This document shows positions 1 through 9,969 of a DNA stretch of 64,000 bases, in pieces. The translations under genes and the position numbers were made by a program. The number at the start of each line of letters is the position of its first letter. The stretch's first letter is position 1. The notes below the pieces were generated by a model. It was not told the origin of the DNA and made no database searches. It saw only the letters and a list, made by a program, of their open reading frames with translations. The stretch spans positions 128,001 to 192,000 of the forward strand of contig CAWCVB010000007.1 in NCBI GenBank assembly GCA_963798915.1. Direction: 5' to 3'. Source of the stretch: an uncultured Gemmatimonadales bacterium (GTDB lineage: Bacteria; Gemmatimonadota; Gemmatimonadetes; Gemmatimonadales; GWC2-71-9).

Positions 1-524
1 AGGGCGCTGCGTTCCTGCGCGCCGCGATCTTCGTCAAGCACCCGCCCCAGCTCTTCCTGCAGGGCCGCCGGAGACTCGAGCGCGTGCGGGACCTGGCCGA
101 ACACGCCGAGCTGGATCCCGCGATACTCGCCAAACCAGCCCTCGATCCGGACGCCCAGCCGCTCGGCCAGGACGACATTGTTGCCGACCTCGGGATGCAC
201 ATCGAGCGGAATGTGCGCGGCGTAGAGGGCGATGTTGTTGTCGAGCAGCGCCCGGAGGCGCCGATAGCGCCGCCCGGTGACGGGCACGTTGCCGTCCCAC
301 AGCATGCCGTGATGCACCACCAACAGGGTGCCGCCGGCCTCGCCCGCGCCGGCCGCGCTCTCGATGCTTCGGTACGCGCCGTCCACCGCGGCCACGATCC
401 GCTCGACTGAGCCATTGTTCTCGACCTCGAGCCCGTTGACGGCATTGGGTGCGTCGGGGATCTCGCTGATGCGGAGGTACTCATTCAGGTACGCGACGAT
501 TTCCTTCAGTGGGACATTGCTCAT
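1..524 (-). CDS. Nif3-like dinuclear metal centre protein (YbgI family), runs off the left edge
   Basis: Manual translation, absent from the ORF track: MSNVPLKEIVAYLNEYLRISEIPDAPNAVNGLEVEN...AAVD...LVVHHG...LYAAHIPLDVHPEVGNN (NGL, HHG and HxxLDxH motifs). The ATG overlaps the TGA of the BMP gene. Confidence 0.9.
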   Translation of the reverse strand, partial: MSNVPLKEIVAYLNEYLRISEIPDAPNAVNGLEVENNGSVERIVAAVDGAYRSIESAAGAGEAGGTLLVVHHGMLWDGNVPVTGRRYRRLRALLDNNIALYAAHIPLDVHPEVGNNVVLAERLGVRIEGWFGEYRGIQLGVFGQVPHALESPAALQEELGRVLDEDRGAQERSA

Positions 525-1520
525 GGCTGCCGCCCCTCCGGATCAGGATCGAGTGTCCCGTTGGCAATCGAGTCCGCCGCGGCTCGGACCCGCGCCGCGA
601 GCGCCACCGGGACCAGCGAGTCGAGCGCAGCGTTGGGAACGTAACGAAGGACCTGGCTCCTGAGCCCAAACGATTCGACTGCCGGCACAAAGCTGCTGTC
701 CTGGACCGCGCGGGCCAGGAGCAGGAACGCGTGTGCCAGGTCGATGACCGCCGAGCCCACCACCCGGTCCGGAGCGAGGGCACGCTGGTCGGCATTGGCG
801 CCAAAGACGTACACGCCCGGACTTTCCTTGACCGCCTGGAACACGCCGAGGGCAGCTGCGTCGGCGTTGTGGTGCATCATGTCCACCCCGAGCCTGATCT
901 GGGCCAGGGCCGCTTCCCGGCCGGCCGCCGCGTCATCCCAGTTGTTGAGGTAGGCCACGCGGGACTGCACGTCCGGTCGTGTCGCGCGCGCGCCGTTGAG
1001 CCAGCCGCGGTAGCCGGCGGCCACGGGCGGCAGCTCGACGCCACCGATGAAGCCGATCTTGCCCGTGCGGGTTAGACCGCCGGCCACCATGCCGGCCAGG
1101 TAGGTCGCTTCCTCGATCCGGAAGACCAGCGGCACGACCCGGCCGGTGAGCCGGGCACCGCTGTTCACCGCGAACACCGGTCCCGGGTACTGCTCGGCCA
1201 CGCGTTCGGCGGGCTCCTGGAATTCGAACCCGTTGCCGATGATCAGATCGTAGCCCTGCGCGGCGTAGCTCCGGAGCGCCTCCTCCTGCGCGGCAGGCGT
1301 CCCGGCCTCGACGTGACTGACCTTGGCATCGAGCGAATCGCGAATCCGAAGGAGCCCCTGATACGCGGCAGAGTTCCAGGCGGCATCGGCGATGGAACCG
1401 GGTGTAATGAGGGCGACCCGGTACCCCTGCTCCGGAGGACGGGACGGCACAGGAAGAAAGCAACACCGTCAAGACAGCGGTGGCACAGTGACGCGTCACG
1501 TTCAAGAAAATAGGCCGCAT
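521..1520 (-). CDS. BMP-family ABC substrate-binding lipoprotein; signal peptide out of frame near 1450
   Basis: 521..1450 encodes a BMP/PnrA domain (IADAAWNSAAYQGL, GYDLIIGNGFEF). Lipoprotein signal MRPIFLNVTRHCATAVLTVLLSSC starts at 1520 in the neighbouring frame. Confidence 0.8.
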
Positions 1521-1612
1521 GTTCCGAAGCGTCACGTTCCTTTCTGGCCATTTATCACGCAAATGCAACATCTCCACAGACTTACGCACTTATCAACGGC
1601 GGGAGGCTGGGA

Positions 1613-1698
1613 GCTGAACGCTGAACGCTGAACGCTGAACGCTGAACGCTGAAGCGAAGGGTTAGCCTTCAGCCTTCAGCCTTCAGCCTTCAGCCTTT
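1613..1698. repeat. Heptamer tandem repeats, (GCTGAAC)x5-6 then (AGCCTTC)x4-5, partly complementary
   Basis: Directly visible; overlaps the bactofilin stop codon. Confidence 0.9.
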
Positions 1699-2127
1699 AG
1701 CCCCTTCCCCCTCCGCCTTCTTCTCGCCGTCCGCCGCCTCGGTCATGTTCACCTCACCCGTCACCTTCCCGCCTTCCAGGATGGCAATTCTGGGCGTGGC
1801 AATGTCGCCCCGCACCAGCGCCGTGGCCTGGAGTTCCACTCGTTCCGCGGCGTTGATGGTCCCGCGAATCTCACCCGCCACCACGGCCTCCTTGGTGTGC
1901 AGGTCGCCTTCGATGATGGCGCCTGGCGAGATGATGACCTGGGCCTCGGCCCGGATGGTTCCCTTCACCCGTCCTTCCACCTTCACCACTCCCTTGGTCT
2001 CCATGTCGCCGATGATGGTCATGTCGCGTGCAACGATCGACAGCGGAATGCCGTCGCCCTTGCGCCGGTTGAATGGCGGCTTGGGCCCTTCGGCAGAGTC
2101 GGGGGTGGGGGTCGAGAAGATGGCCAT
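1690..2127 (-). CDS. Bactofilin (polymer-forming cytoskeletal protein)
   Basis: Beta-helix pattern SIVARDMTIIGDMETKGVVKVEGRVKGTI...AIIEGDL...VAGEIRGTI...VRGDI...ILEGGKVTG. Confidence 0.93.
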   Translation of the reverse strand: MAIFSTPTPDSAEGPKPPFNRRKGDGIPLSIVARDMTIIGDMETKGVVKVEGRVKGTIRAEAQVIISPGAIIEGDLHTKEAVVAGEIRGTINAAERVELQATALVRGDIATPRIAILEGGKVTGEVNMTEAADGEKKAEGEGAKG

Positions 2128-2928
2128 TCAGCGTGCCTCCGTGATGATGCCGAGCGGATCCACGCTGTGGCCCGCCTTGCGGATTTCGAAGTGGAGATGC
2201 GGCGCGGTCGAGCGACCGCTGTTGCCTGAGAGACCAATCACCTCGCCGGCGTGGACCACGCGCCCCTTGGAGACCAGCACGCGGGAGAGGTGGCCGTACA
2301 GGGTCTGGAAATCGTCGGGGTGCTGCAGCAGCACGAACTTGCCGTAATCGGTATCCTCGCCGGTCTGCATGACGGTGGCGCCGCCGGCCGCGCGCACCGG
2401 CGTGCGCATGGCCACGGCCACGTCCACACCGGGATGCGTCTCATCCGCGCTGCTGTCCGGCACCATGCCGCGCGTGATGAAGCCGGCATCGCGGAGTGGC
2501 CACACCGCCGGCCGGGTGAGGCCGCTGGGTGGGGACGGCGAGCCGGCCAGCCGTGCCTCGACCGGTGGTGCCACAGGCAAGCTGTCGCTTGCGGCGTGCG
2601 CGAGGTCGGGCACCACATCGGCGCCCACCATGCCGCGCACCCGTTCGTACGCTTGTTGCAGACTGTCGAGCGCCTGTGCCAGTTCGCCGATGCGTGCATT
2701 GTCGGCTTCCAGGTTGCGGACCCGCCGCTCCAGCGATGGCACACGGCCGGCCGCGCGCGCCAGCGGCCCGAGGAGCACCAGCCCGGCGAGCACGGCCAGC
2801 ACGGCAAGCGCGCCACCCGCGAGCAGCGCCCTCCACGTGAAGCGCGACACGCGCCAGCTGCGGGAAGCCGGCGCTCCGTCGTGGTGCACCAGGAGGTGCA
2901 CATAGCGCCGCCGTGCCGGCGTGCTCAT
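2128..2928 (-). CDS. M23 family metallopeptidase with N-terminal TM segment and coiled coil
   Basis: HPGVD (HxxxD), YGHL and STAPHLHFE (HxH) motifs. Confidence 0.93.
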   Translation of the reverse strand: MSTPARRRYVHLLVHHDGAPASRSWRVSRFTWRALLAGGALAVLAVLAGLVLLGPLARAAGRVPSLERRVRNLEADNARIGELAQALDSLQQAYERVRGMVGADVVPDLAHAASDSLPVAPPVEARLAGSPSPPSGLTRPAVWPLRDAGFITRGMVPDSSADETHPGVDVAVAMRTPVRAAGGATVMQTGEDTDYGKFVLLQHPDDFQTLYGHLSRVLVSKGRVVHAGEVIGLSGNSGRSTAPHLHFEIRKAGHSVDPLGIITEAR

Positions 2929-3821
2929 CCCTCGAAGGGCCTGCCAAGCATGAGCTCGAGCAGCCGGGCAAGATCGTCGTTCGAGTAGTAGCTGATCGAG
3001 ACCAGGCCGCGTCCCTTGCGCTTCTGGGTGACGCGGACGTCGGTGCCGAGGTGCTTGCGCAGGGCGTCTTCGACGCGCTGCGCCTCGACGCTGGTGGCGA
3101 GCACCCGTTTCGGCCGGGGGGCACGTGAGGTGGCGGACACTCCGTCGTGGCGAACCCGCGCTTCGGTTTCGCGCACGCTCCAGGCTTGGTCCACCGCCTG
3201 CTGCGCCAGCCGGGAGATCCGGGCCGGAGATTCAAGCGAGAGCAGCGCGCGCGCGTGGCCTTCCGAAAGCGCACCCCGATGCACCATGCTGCGTACATCG
3301 TCGGGCAGCTTGAGAAGCCGGAGCAGGTTCGCGACCGTGCTCCGATGGCGTCCGACCAGCCGCGCCACTTCGGCCTGCGGCAACTTGAATTCCTCCTGCA
3401 ACCGCTGATAGCCACTGGCTTCGTCGATCGGCGACAAGTCATGGCGCTGGAGATTTTCGATCAGCGCGAGGGTGAGCAGCGTCCGGTCATCAACCTCCTT
3501 GACGACCGCCGGGATTTCCTTCCATCCCAGCTGCTGGACGGCGCGCAGCCGGCGTTCACCGGCAATCAATTCGTAGTGACCCTGGCGTTCCCGCACCAGC
3601 ACCGGCTGGAGCAATCCCGAGGCGGCAATCGAGTCCGCCAACTCGGCCAGTGTGGCGGGATCGAACTGCGTGCGGGGCTGGAAGGGATTGGGCTGCACCT
3701 CGGCGACCGGCAACTCGCGCAAGGCACCCTGGGCCTTCGCGTCCTCGCGGGATATGGGACCGAGCAGTGATTCGAGTCCCCGTCCCAGGCGGCGTCCGCC
3801 ACCCGCACCGGTTGCGCTCAT
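2925..3821 (-). CDS. parB: ParB/Spo0J chromosome partitioning protein
   Basis: LGRGL N-terminus, NPFQPR, GLLQP, IAGERRLRA, IENLQR, HTH. Confidence 0.97.
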   Translation of the reverse strand: MSATGAGGGRRLGRGLESLLGPISREDAKAQGALRELPVAEVQPNPFQPRTQFDPATLAELADSIAASGLLQPVLVRERQGHYELIAGERRLRAVQQLGWKEIPAVVKEVDDRTLLTLALIENLQRHDLSPIDEASGYQRLQEEFKLPQAEVARLVGRHRSTVANLLRLLKLPDDVRSMVHRGALSEGHARALLSLESPARISRLAQQAVDQAWSVRETEARVRHDGVSATSRAPRPKRVLATSVEAQRVEDALRKHLGTDVRVTQKRKGRGLVSISYYSNDDLARLLELMLGRPFEG

Positions 3822-4618
3822 GACACCATCTCCTGGCTCTCCGGCTGGTCGTTCTCGATCCGCTTCATCAGCTCCTGCGCCACAGCCAGATAACTCTTGG
3901 CGCCAGCTGACTGAACATCGTAGAGCAGAATGGGCTTGCCGAAACTGGGCGCCTCGGCGAGGCGCACGTTGCGCGGGATGGGTGTGCGAAAGACCTGTCC
4001 GCCAAAATATTCCTTGGCATCGTCGGCCACCTGGCGGCAGAGATTGAGCCGGGCGTCATACATCGTGAGCAGCACGCCATCGATGGCGAGGCCCGGGTTG
4101 AAGTTCTGCTGCACCAGCCGGACGGTATTGAGGAGCTGCGAGATGCCCTCGAGCGCGTAGTACTCGCACTGGATGGGAATGATCACCCCTTGCGCCGCGG
4201 CCAGCACATTCAGCGTGATGAGACCAAGCGAGGGCGGGCAATCGACCAGCACGTAGTCGTAGTGGGCCAGGATCGGGTGCAGCACGTCGCGCATCGCCGA
4301 CTCGCGGGCCTCGACGTTCACCAGCTCGAGTTCCGCGCCGACCAGGTCCTGGGTTGCCGGCAGCACATCGAGATGCGGCAGCACCGGATGCTTCATGATG
4401 GCATGATCGGCCGGCACGTGATCGATGATGGCGTCGTAGAGCGAATGCTTCACGGCCCCGCGGTCCAACCCGACACCGCTGGTGGCATTCCCCTGCGGAT
4501 CGGCATCGACCAGCAGCGTGCGTCGTTCGGCCACGGCGAGCGAGGCGGCAAGATTCACGGCGGTCGTGGTCTTGCCGACGCCGCCCTTCTGGTTTGCAAT
4601 GGCGATCAGGCGGGACAT
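3818..4618 (-). CDS. parA: ParA/Soj ATPase
   Basis: NQKGGVGKTTT deviant Walker A, DADPQGN, DCPPSLG, IPRNVRLAEAPSFG. Confidence 0.97.
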   Translation of the reverse strand: MSRLIAIANQKGGVGKTTTAVNLAASLAVAERRTLLVDADPQGNATSGVGLDRGAVKHSLYDAIIDHVPADHAIMKHPVLPHLDVLPATQDLVGAELELVNVEARESAMRDVLHPILAHYDYVLVDCPPSLGLITLNVLAAAQGVIIPIQCEYYALEGISQLLNTVRLVQQNFNPGLAIDGVLLTMYDARLNLCRQVADDAKEYFGGQVFRTPIPRNVRLAEAPSFGKPILLYDVQSAGAKSYLAVAQELMKRIENDQPESQEMVS

Positions 4619-4674
4619 GTCAGGACTCGGGACGCGAGACGCGGGACTCAGGACGCCGGTCCCTGGAAAACCTA

Positions 4675-4703
4675 CGTAATGCCTTGCAGTGCAAAAGCTT
4701 ACG
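4675..4703. promoter_or_regulatory. 29-bp imperfect palindrome upstream of parA
   Basis: CGTAA-tgcc-TTGCA-g-TGCAA-aagc-TTACG. Confidence 0.45.
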
Positions 4704-4771
4704 CTACAATATGATGGTTACTGACCGACGAGTTGCGTAAATATCGCAGCAATGCCAGCAAAATGAAAGCA

Positions 4772-4787
4772 TGTTCCACGTGAAACA
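4772..4787. promoter_or_regulatory. parS: parS site (ParB binding)
   Basis: TGTTCCACGTGAAACA matches the consensus TGTTNCACGTGAAACA, ~150 bp upstream of parA. Confidence 0.93.
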
Positions 4788-4828
4788 ATCTCACCCGCGC
4801 CAGATGCCGCCCGAGCCCCCCTGTAAGG

Positions 4829-5131
4829 GCGGCCTGCGGCCGCCCCATCGCGTCCCGATCCCTCACGTTCTCCCACGCGGCCTGCGGCCGCCCCATCGCG
4901 TCCCGATCCCTCACGTTCTCCCACGCGGCCTGCGGCCGCCCATGGCGTCCCGGTCCCTCACGTTCTCCTACGCGGCCTGCGGCCGCCCCATGGCATCCCG
5001 GTCCCTCACGTTCTCCCACGCGGCCTGCGGCCGCCCCACGGCGTCCCGATCCCTCACGTCCTCCCACGCGGCCTGCGGCCGCCCCATGGCGTCCCGGTCC
5101 CTCACGTTCTCCCACGCGGCCTGCGGCCGCC
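4829..5131. repeat. 48-bp tandem repeat: six full units (one is 47 bp) plus a 16-bp partial unit, no spacers
   Basis: Unit GCGGCCTGCGGCCGCCCCATSGCGTCCCGRTCCCTCACGTTCTCCCAC starts at 4829, 4877, 4925, 4972, 5020, 5068 and 5116 (partial). Confidence 0.95.
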
Positions 5132-5285
5132 GAGGGCAGTTGGGCAAGATCCGGAACCGAGCGAGCGGCGGCAGGTCGCAGGGGGCAGATGGCAAGATCG
5201 GATTCGAGGGGGTGGCGGCATGCCACGGAACAAAGGCTTCGGGAGATCTTAACGCGAGGCAGTCGCCAACTCGCCAACTCGCCAA

Positions 5286-7145
5286 CTAGCCATCCAGCCG
5301 CCTCTTCACCACCTCCACCACCAGCGCCTGGAGGTCGGCTGGTGAGACGCCCGGAATCCGGCGGGCCTGGCCCAGATTCTCCGGGCGAGCCCGATCCAGC
5401 TTCTGTCTGGCTTCGGTGGAGAGCGAGAACAGCTCGGGGTAACGGAGGTGCTCCGGAAGCGCAAAATCCTCCATTTCCTGAAGCTTTGCCGCGGCCTCGC
5501 GCTCGCGGGCCAGATATCCGCCATACTTGATCTCAATCTCGGCCCACCCTTCCTCCCCGCTCGCTCGGTGTCCCGCACGCTCGAGCAACGGGCCCAGTCC
5601 GACACCCGGGCGCTTGACCAGCTCGGCGATCCGCGCCGGCTCGCTGATTTCCTTGGATCCCGCCGCCGCCAGCACCGGGTTCGCCTCGAACGGCCTCACG
5701 GCTGTTTCACGTGAAACAGCGAGAAGATCTTCTTCCCGGCGAAGCCGAGCCTCCGCAGCAGCACGCTCGGGTCTGGACCAGAGGCCATACCGCTCCGCCA
5801 CAGGCAGGAGGCGGCGGAGCGCATTATCCTGGCGCAGCAGCAGCCGATATTCGCTCCGAGAGGTGAACAGGCGGTACGGCTCATCCACGCCCCGGTTCAC
5901 CAGGTCATCAATCAGGGTGCCGATGAAGGCCTCATCCCGCTGGAGCACCAGCGGCTCGCGCTCGAGCGCCATGGCCGCGGCGTTGATCCCGGCAATGGCA
6001 CCTTGGCCCGCCGCCTCCTCGTAGCCGGTCGTGCCATTGATCTGGCCGGCCAGGAAGAGTCCGGGAAGCTCCCGCAATTCAAGCGTCCGGCTCAGCTGAG
6101 TAGGCGGGAAATAGTCGTACTCGATCGCGTAGCCGGGCCGGGTCATCCGCGCCCGCTCCAATCCCGGAATCGCATGCAGCATCGCCAGTTGGACGTCAGG
6201 AGGAAGCGAAGTAGAGAGGCCGTTCACGTACATCTCGGAGGTCTCGAGCCCTTCCGGCTCCAGGAAGATCTGGTGCCGGTCGGCCTCGGGAAACTTGACG
6301 ATCTTGTCCTCCACCGACGGGCAATAGCGCGGGCCGCGTCCGCTGATCGCGCCGCCGTAGAGGGCTGACTGCTCCAGATTCTCCAGGATGATCTCGCGCA
6401 GGTCGGGCCCGGTCCAGGTGAGCCAGCACGGCAGCTGGCCTGGATGCTCCGCCCGCTCATGGGAGGAAAACCAGTAGGGATCGGGATCCCCGTCCTGCCG
6501 CGCCAGTCGGGAATAATCGACGCTCCGCCCGTCTATCCTGGGCGGCGTGCCCGTCTTGAATCGCTCAACCCTGAGTCCGCTCTGCTCCAACGCCTCGGCC
6601 AGCTCGACCGAGGGCCCGTCCCCGGCTCGGCCCGCCGGCAGCCGGACGCTGGTCCCCATATGGATCCGGCCCCGCAGGAAGGTCCCAGCTGTAACAACTG
6701 TCGTGATACTGTCGTATCTGCGTCCATCCAGTGTCGTGACACCTACTACGCTTCCGGCTGAAAGGACGAATCCAGAAACCGTACCCTGTACGATTTCGAG
6801 TCCAGTGTGCCGTTCCAGCAGTTCACGCACCGCCCGCCGGTATAGCCCACGGTCGCATTGTGCCCTGGGCGACCAGACAGCCGGACCCTTGGAGCGGTTG
6901 AGCATCCGGAACTGGATGCAGGCGCGGTCGGTCGCTCGGCCCATGATCCCACCCAAGGCGTCCACCTCACGCGCCACCGTCCCCTTGGCAATCCCGCCGA
7001 TGGCGGGATTGCACGACATCTGGCCGATGGTCTCAATGCTCTGGGTAATGAGCAGCGTCCGGGCACCCATGCGGGCCGCAAGACAAGCCGCCTCGGTGCC
7101 GGCGTGCCCGCCGCCAATGACGAGGACATGATAAGGAAGGGTCAT
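5286..7145 (-). CDS. mnmG: tRNA uridine-5-carboxymethylaminomethyl(34) synthesis enzyme MnmG (GidA)
   Basis: [69 protein letters not shown]. Confidence 0.98.
   Translation of the reverse strand: MTLPYHVLVIGGGHAGTEAACLAARMGARTLLITQSIETIGQMSCNPAIGGIAKGTVAREVDALGGIMGRATDRACIQFRMLNRSKGPAVWSPRAQCDRGLYRRAVRELLERHTGLEIVQGTVSGFVLSAGSVVGVTTLDGRRYDSITTVVTAGTFLRGRIHMGTSVRLPAGRAGDGPSVELAEALEQSGLRVERFKTGTPPRIDGRSVDYSRLARQDGDPDPYWFSSHERAEHPGQLPCWLTWTGPDLREIILENLEQSALYGGAISGRGPRYCPSVEDKIVKFPEADRHQIFLEPEGLETSEMYVNGLSTSLPPDVQLAMLHAIPGLERARMTRPGYAIEYDYFPPTQLSRTLELRELPGLFLAGQINGTTGYEEAAGQGAIAGINAAAMALEREPLVLQRDEAFIGTLIDDLVNRGVDEPYRLFTSRSEYRLLLRQDNALRRLLPVAERYGLWSRPERAAAEARLRREEDLLAVSRETAVRPFEANPVLAAAGSKEISEPARIAELVKRPGVGLGPLLERAGHRASGEEGWAEIEIKYGGYLAREREAAAKLQEMEDFALPEHLRYPELFSLSTEARQKLDRARPENLGQARRIPGVSPADLQALVVEVVKRRLDG
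5703..5718. promoter_or_regulatory. parS: parS site inside mnmG
   Basis: Perfect TGTTTCACGTGAAACA; the palindrome extends over 5701-5720. Confidence 0.93.
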
Positions 7146-7187
7146 GCTGGGAAAATAGTCGACGGTCCAGGGCTTACGCTCGACGCT

Positions 7188-7230
7188 TGACCGTTGACCG
7201 TTGACCGTTGACTGTTGACCGTCGACCGTC
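7188..7230. repeat. Heptamer tandem repeat (TTGACCG)n
   Basis: About six degenerate units between the ABC permease and mnmG. Confidence 0.85.
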
Positions 7231-7236
7231 CCTGCT

Positions 7237-8544
7237 CTACGCCCGCAACCACTTCACTGCATCGCTCCATGTCGCCTTCTTTCCGTACTTGAGAATGCCG
7301 AAGCGATAGATGCGTCCAGCGAGCGCCGTCATGAGCACCAGCCCGGCCAGCATGGCGCCGATCGAAAGAAGCAATTCCCACCAGGCAATCGATGAGAACG
7401 AGAATCGCACCGGCGTCACGAAGGGAGCAAAGAAAGGAACGTAGCTCAGCGCCCGCGCCAGCGAACCGTTGGGGTCACTGAGCAGCGAGAACATGATGAG
7501 CAGTCCGGCAGCGACGAAGATGGTCACCGGTATCTGCGCTTGCTGGGCATCCTGGCTGGAATTGCACATCGAGCCCACGGCGGCATAGGCCGATGCATAG
7601 AACAGAAAGCCCAGGAGGAAGAAGAGCAGGAAGACAATCAGCAGGCCGGGAGAAACCGATGGAATTGAAAGTGATGCCAGCGAACTGGGCGACGCGCCGA
7701 ACAGCGCCGCGATCTGCGCCTTGAACGACGTCAGCAAGGTGGCGGTGCCCGCCCAGATGCCAAGCTGCAGGAGCCCGGCCGAGCCGACGCCGATCACCTT
7801 GCCCATCAGCAACTGGAAGGGCGAGAGACTGGAGATGAGCACTTCGATGATCCGCGACGACTTCTCCTCGATCACTGAATTCATGACCTGGATGCCGTAC
7901 AACAGCAGCGCGATGTACAGGATGAACGACATGGCGTACGCCAGCAGGAACGACGCCTCGCCGCTCTCGCTGGTGAGCTGGCCCTTGCTCACCTTGAGCG
8001 TCCGGAGATCTACCGGACGCATGACACCGAACACCACCGAGGGATCCAGACCGGAACGCTGCAGCCGTCCGCTGATCACCAGCGAACGCAGGCTGCGCTC
8101 CAGGTGGTTCATATCACTGGGGCTGCCGACATTCACGCCAAGGTAGCGCATTCTCCCCTGGCTCAGCGCCGAATCGGTAATTATCAGTATGCCGTCGAGT
8201 GAAGCCGGGCCAGCCACGCCGGTGAGCGCCACCAGGGAATCCTGTACCGAGGCGATCCGCTCTGGTGTCACCGGCACGTACCTCACTGCATACCGTGGAT
8301 TGGCTTGGCGCACGGTGTCCCGCATTTCGGCGCCGAGTCGCTCAACCACCAGCTGGCCAAAGCCATCCTGCACTGCATCGAGCACCGCCACACGCTTGGG
8401 GTGTCCACCGGCGCCGGACAACAGGATCGGCAGCGTGAACATCAGGATCATCAGCGCTGGACCCAGGACCGTGCTGATCACAAAGGCCCGGGAGCGCACC
8501 CGGGTCACGAACTCGCGACGGATGACGGCAAGAATCTTATGCAT
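7237..8544 (-). CDS. ABC-2 type transporter permease (NatB/YhaP-like)
   Basis: [12 protein letters not shown] start, [22 protein letters not shown], multiple TM helices. Confidence 0.92.
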   Translation of the reverse strand: MHKILAVIRREFVTRVRSRAFVISTVLGPALMILMFTLPILLSGAGGHPKRVAVLDAVQDGFGQLVVERLGAEMRDTVRQANPRYAVRYVPVTPERIASVQDSLVALTGVAGPASLDGILIITDSALSQGRMRYLGVNVGSPSDMNHLERSLRSLVISGRLQRSGLDPSVVFGVMRPVDLRTLKVSKGQLTSESGEASFLLAYAMSFILYIALLLYGIQVMNSVIEEKSSRIIEVLISSLSPFQLLMGKVIGVGSAGLLQLGIWAGTATLLTSFKAQIAALFGASPSSLASLSIPSVSPGLLIVFLLFFLLGFLFYASAYAAVGSMCNSSQDAQQAQIPVTIFVAAGLLIMFSLLSDPNGSLARALSYVPFFAPFVTPVRFSFSSIAWWELLLSIGAMLAGLVLMTALAGRIYRFGILKYGKKATWSDAVKWLRA

Positions 8545-9490
8545 CGCTGTCCTCGCCGCTCCGGAGTGCAGTCGCCGCTCCCGCGCCCACTCGTGCAATG
8601 AAGATGGATTCCAGCGAGGGATCCTGGACCGAGAATTCCGAAACGTTCACTCCCGCCTCGACCAGCGTTCGCAACAGGACCTCAGGTGGAGTCTCGGCCG
8701 TGAGCTCGGCGTCCCAGGTGCTGCCGCGATCCTGCAGTGAAGCGGCCCAGCGCCGGTCGCCCAGAATCTGCCGGGCCGCCTCTTCGCCCTCGACCACACC
8801 GATCCGGAGGTGCCGGGTTCCGGCCTCGCGTTTCACGTCGCGCACCGCGCCATCCACCACCTTCTGGCCCCGCGCGATGATCACGATATGGTCGCAAAGC
8901 TGCTCGGCCTGCTCCATGATGTGAGTGGAGAAGACCACGGTCCGGCCCTGGCGTGCAATGTCCACCACTGTGTCCTTCATCACCCGGCTGTTGACTGGAT
9001 CCAACCCGCTGAACGGCTCGTCCAGCACCAGCAGCTCCGGCTCATGCAAGAGGGTACCAATGAACTGGACTTTCTGCTGCATGCCCTTGGACAGGTCTTC
9101 AACCGGCTTGTCCACCCACTGGCCAAGACCGAGCCGCTCCAGCCATCCCAAGGCCCGGCTACGCGCATCAGCCCGAGCCATGCCCTTGATCTCGCCGAAA
9201 AAAACCAGGTGGCCCAGGACCGGCATCTTCTTGTAGAGGCCTCGCTCCTCGGGCAGGAACCCGATCCGCGAGGCGAGGTGGCGGCTGGCGGGCTGCCCCA
9301 GCACGCTGATGCGACCCTCGTCCGGCGTGATGATGTTCATCGCCATCCGGATGGTGGTGCTCTTGCCGGCCCCGTTGGGACCCAGCAGCCCGAAGATGCC
9401 GCCTTCGGGCACGCTGAAGCTCAGGTCGCGTACGGCGACGTGCCCCTCGAAGCGCTTGGTAACATGGTCGAGCTGCAGGATGGGCGGCAT
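8537..9490 (-). CDS. ABC transporter ATP-binding protein
   Basis: GPNGAGKST, LSKGMQQKV, LVLDEPFSGLDP. Confidence 0.95.
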   Translation of the reverse strand: MPPILQLDHVTKRFEGHVAVRDLSFSVPEGGIFGLLGPNGAGKSTTIRMAMNIITPDEGRISVLGQPASRHLASRIGFLPEERGLYKKMPVLGHLVFFGEIKGMARADARSRALGWLERLGLGQWVDKPVEDLSKGMQQKVQFIGTLLHEPELLVLDEPFSGLDPVNSRVMKDTVVDIARQGRTVVFSTHIMEQAEQLCDHIVIIARGQKVVDGAVRDVKREAGTRHLRIGVVEGEEAARQILGDRRWAASLQDRGSTWDAELTAETPPEVLLRTLVEAGVNVSEFSVQDPSLESIFIARVGAGAATALRSGEDSDA

Positions 9491-9555
9491 TTGAGTGGGG
9501 GTTAGGGGGTTAGGGATTAAGGTCGCGGGTCACGTGAGTCCAGCGGAGCGCAATG

Positions 9556-9642
9556 GTCATCCTGAGGGAGCGCTGCGACCGAAGGATCCACTCACCATGT
9601 TCGGAACAGGGCCAGTAGATCCTTCGCTACGCTCAGGATGAC
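9556..9642. repeat. Palindromic intergenic element GTCATCCTGAG...CTCAGGATGAC
   Basis: 11-bp terminal inverted repeats plus inner CGAAGGATC/GATCCTTCG arms. Confidence 0.85.
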
Positions 9643-9694
9643 ATGTCGCATGGGCCGTGGCTCAGGCCCTGCGATTTACGCCTACCATTCAGGC

Positions 9695-9967
9695 CTATGA
9701 CTCCAGCCGTCCCACATCCACCACTTCATCGTTCGGCACCACCAGGGCCCGTTCATCCACCCGGATGCCGAACTTCCGTTGCTTCTCGATCCACTCTTCC
9801 AATGGTACACCATCGCCCGGCTCATGCACCGCGACATCCTTGAGGACGACGCCCCGTTCGTTCCGCTCGTGATAACGGCCAAGGTACGTGCGGCCGGATG
9901 CGCCATTCACCACAACGGTGACGCCGTGAAGTTCCTGCCGGTTGGCATGAAAGACGTGTCCGCTCAT
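9695..9967 (-). CDS. Small hypothetical protein, possible Sm/LSm-like fold, last gene of the suf operon
   Basis: 90 aa, host-like codon use, starts 2 nt after the bacilliredoxin stop. Confidence 0.75.
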   Translation of the reverse strand: MSGHVFHANRQELHGVTVVVNGASGRTYLGRYHERNERGVVLKDVAVHEPGDGVPLEEWIEKQRKFGIRVDERALVVPNDEVVDVGRLES

Positions 9968-9969
9968 GG

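Noticed and set aside
4829..5131. CRISPR array
   Set aside because: Units are contiguous and near-identical with no unique spacers, and there are no cas genes in the window.
4620..5285. oriC between mnmG and parA
   Set aside because: No convincing TTATCCACA cluster or AT-rich unwinding element was found, and there is no dnaA in the window.
4699..5289. ORFs with 16-aa repeats over the 48-bp array
   Set aside because: They are by-products of a 48-bp period in GC-rich DNA; the 47-bp unit shifts the frame and there is no RBS or domain signal.
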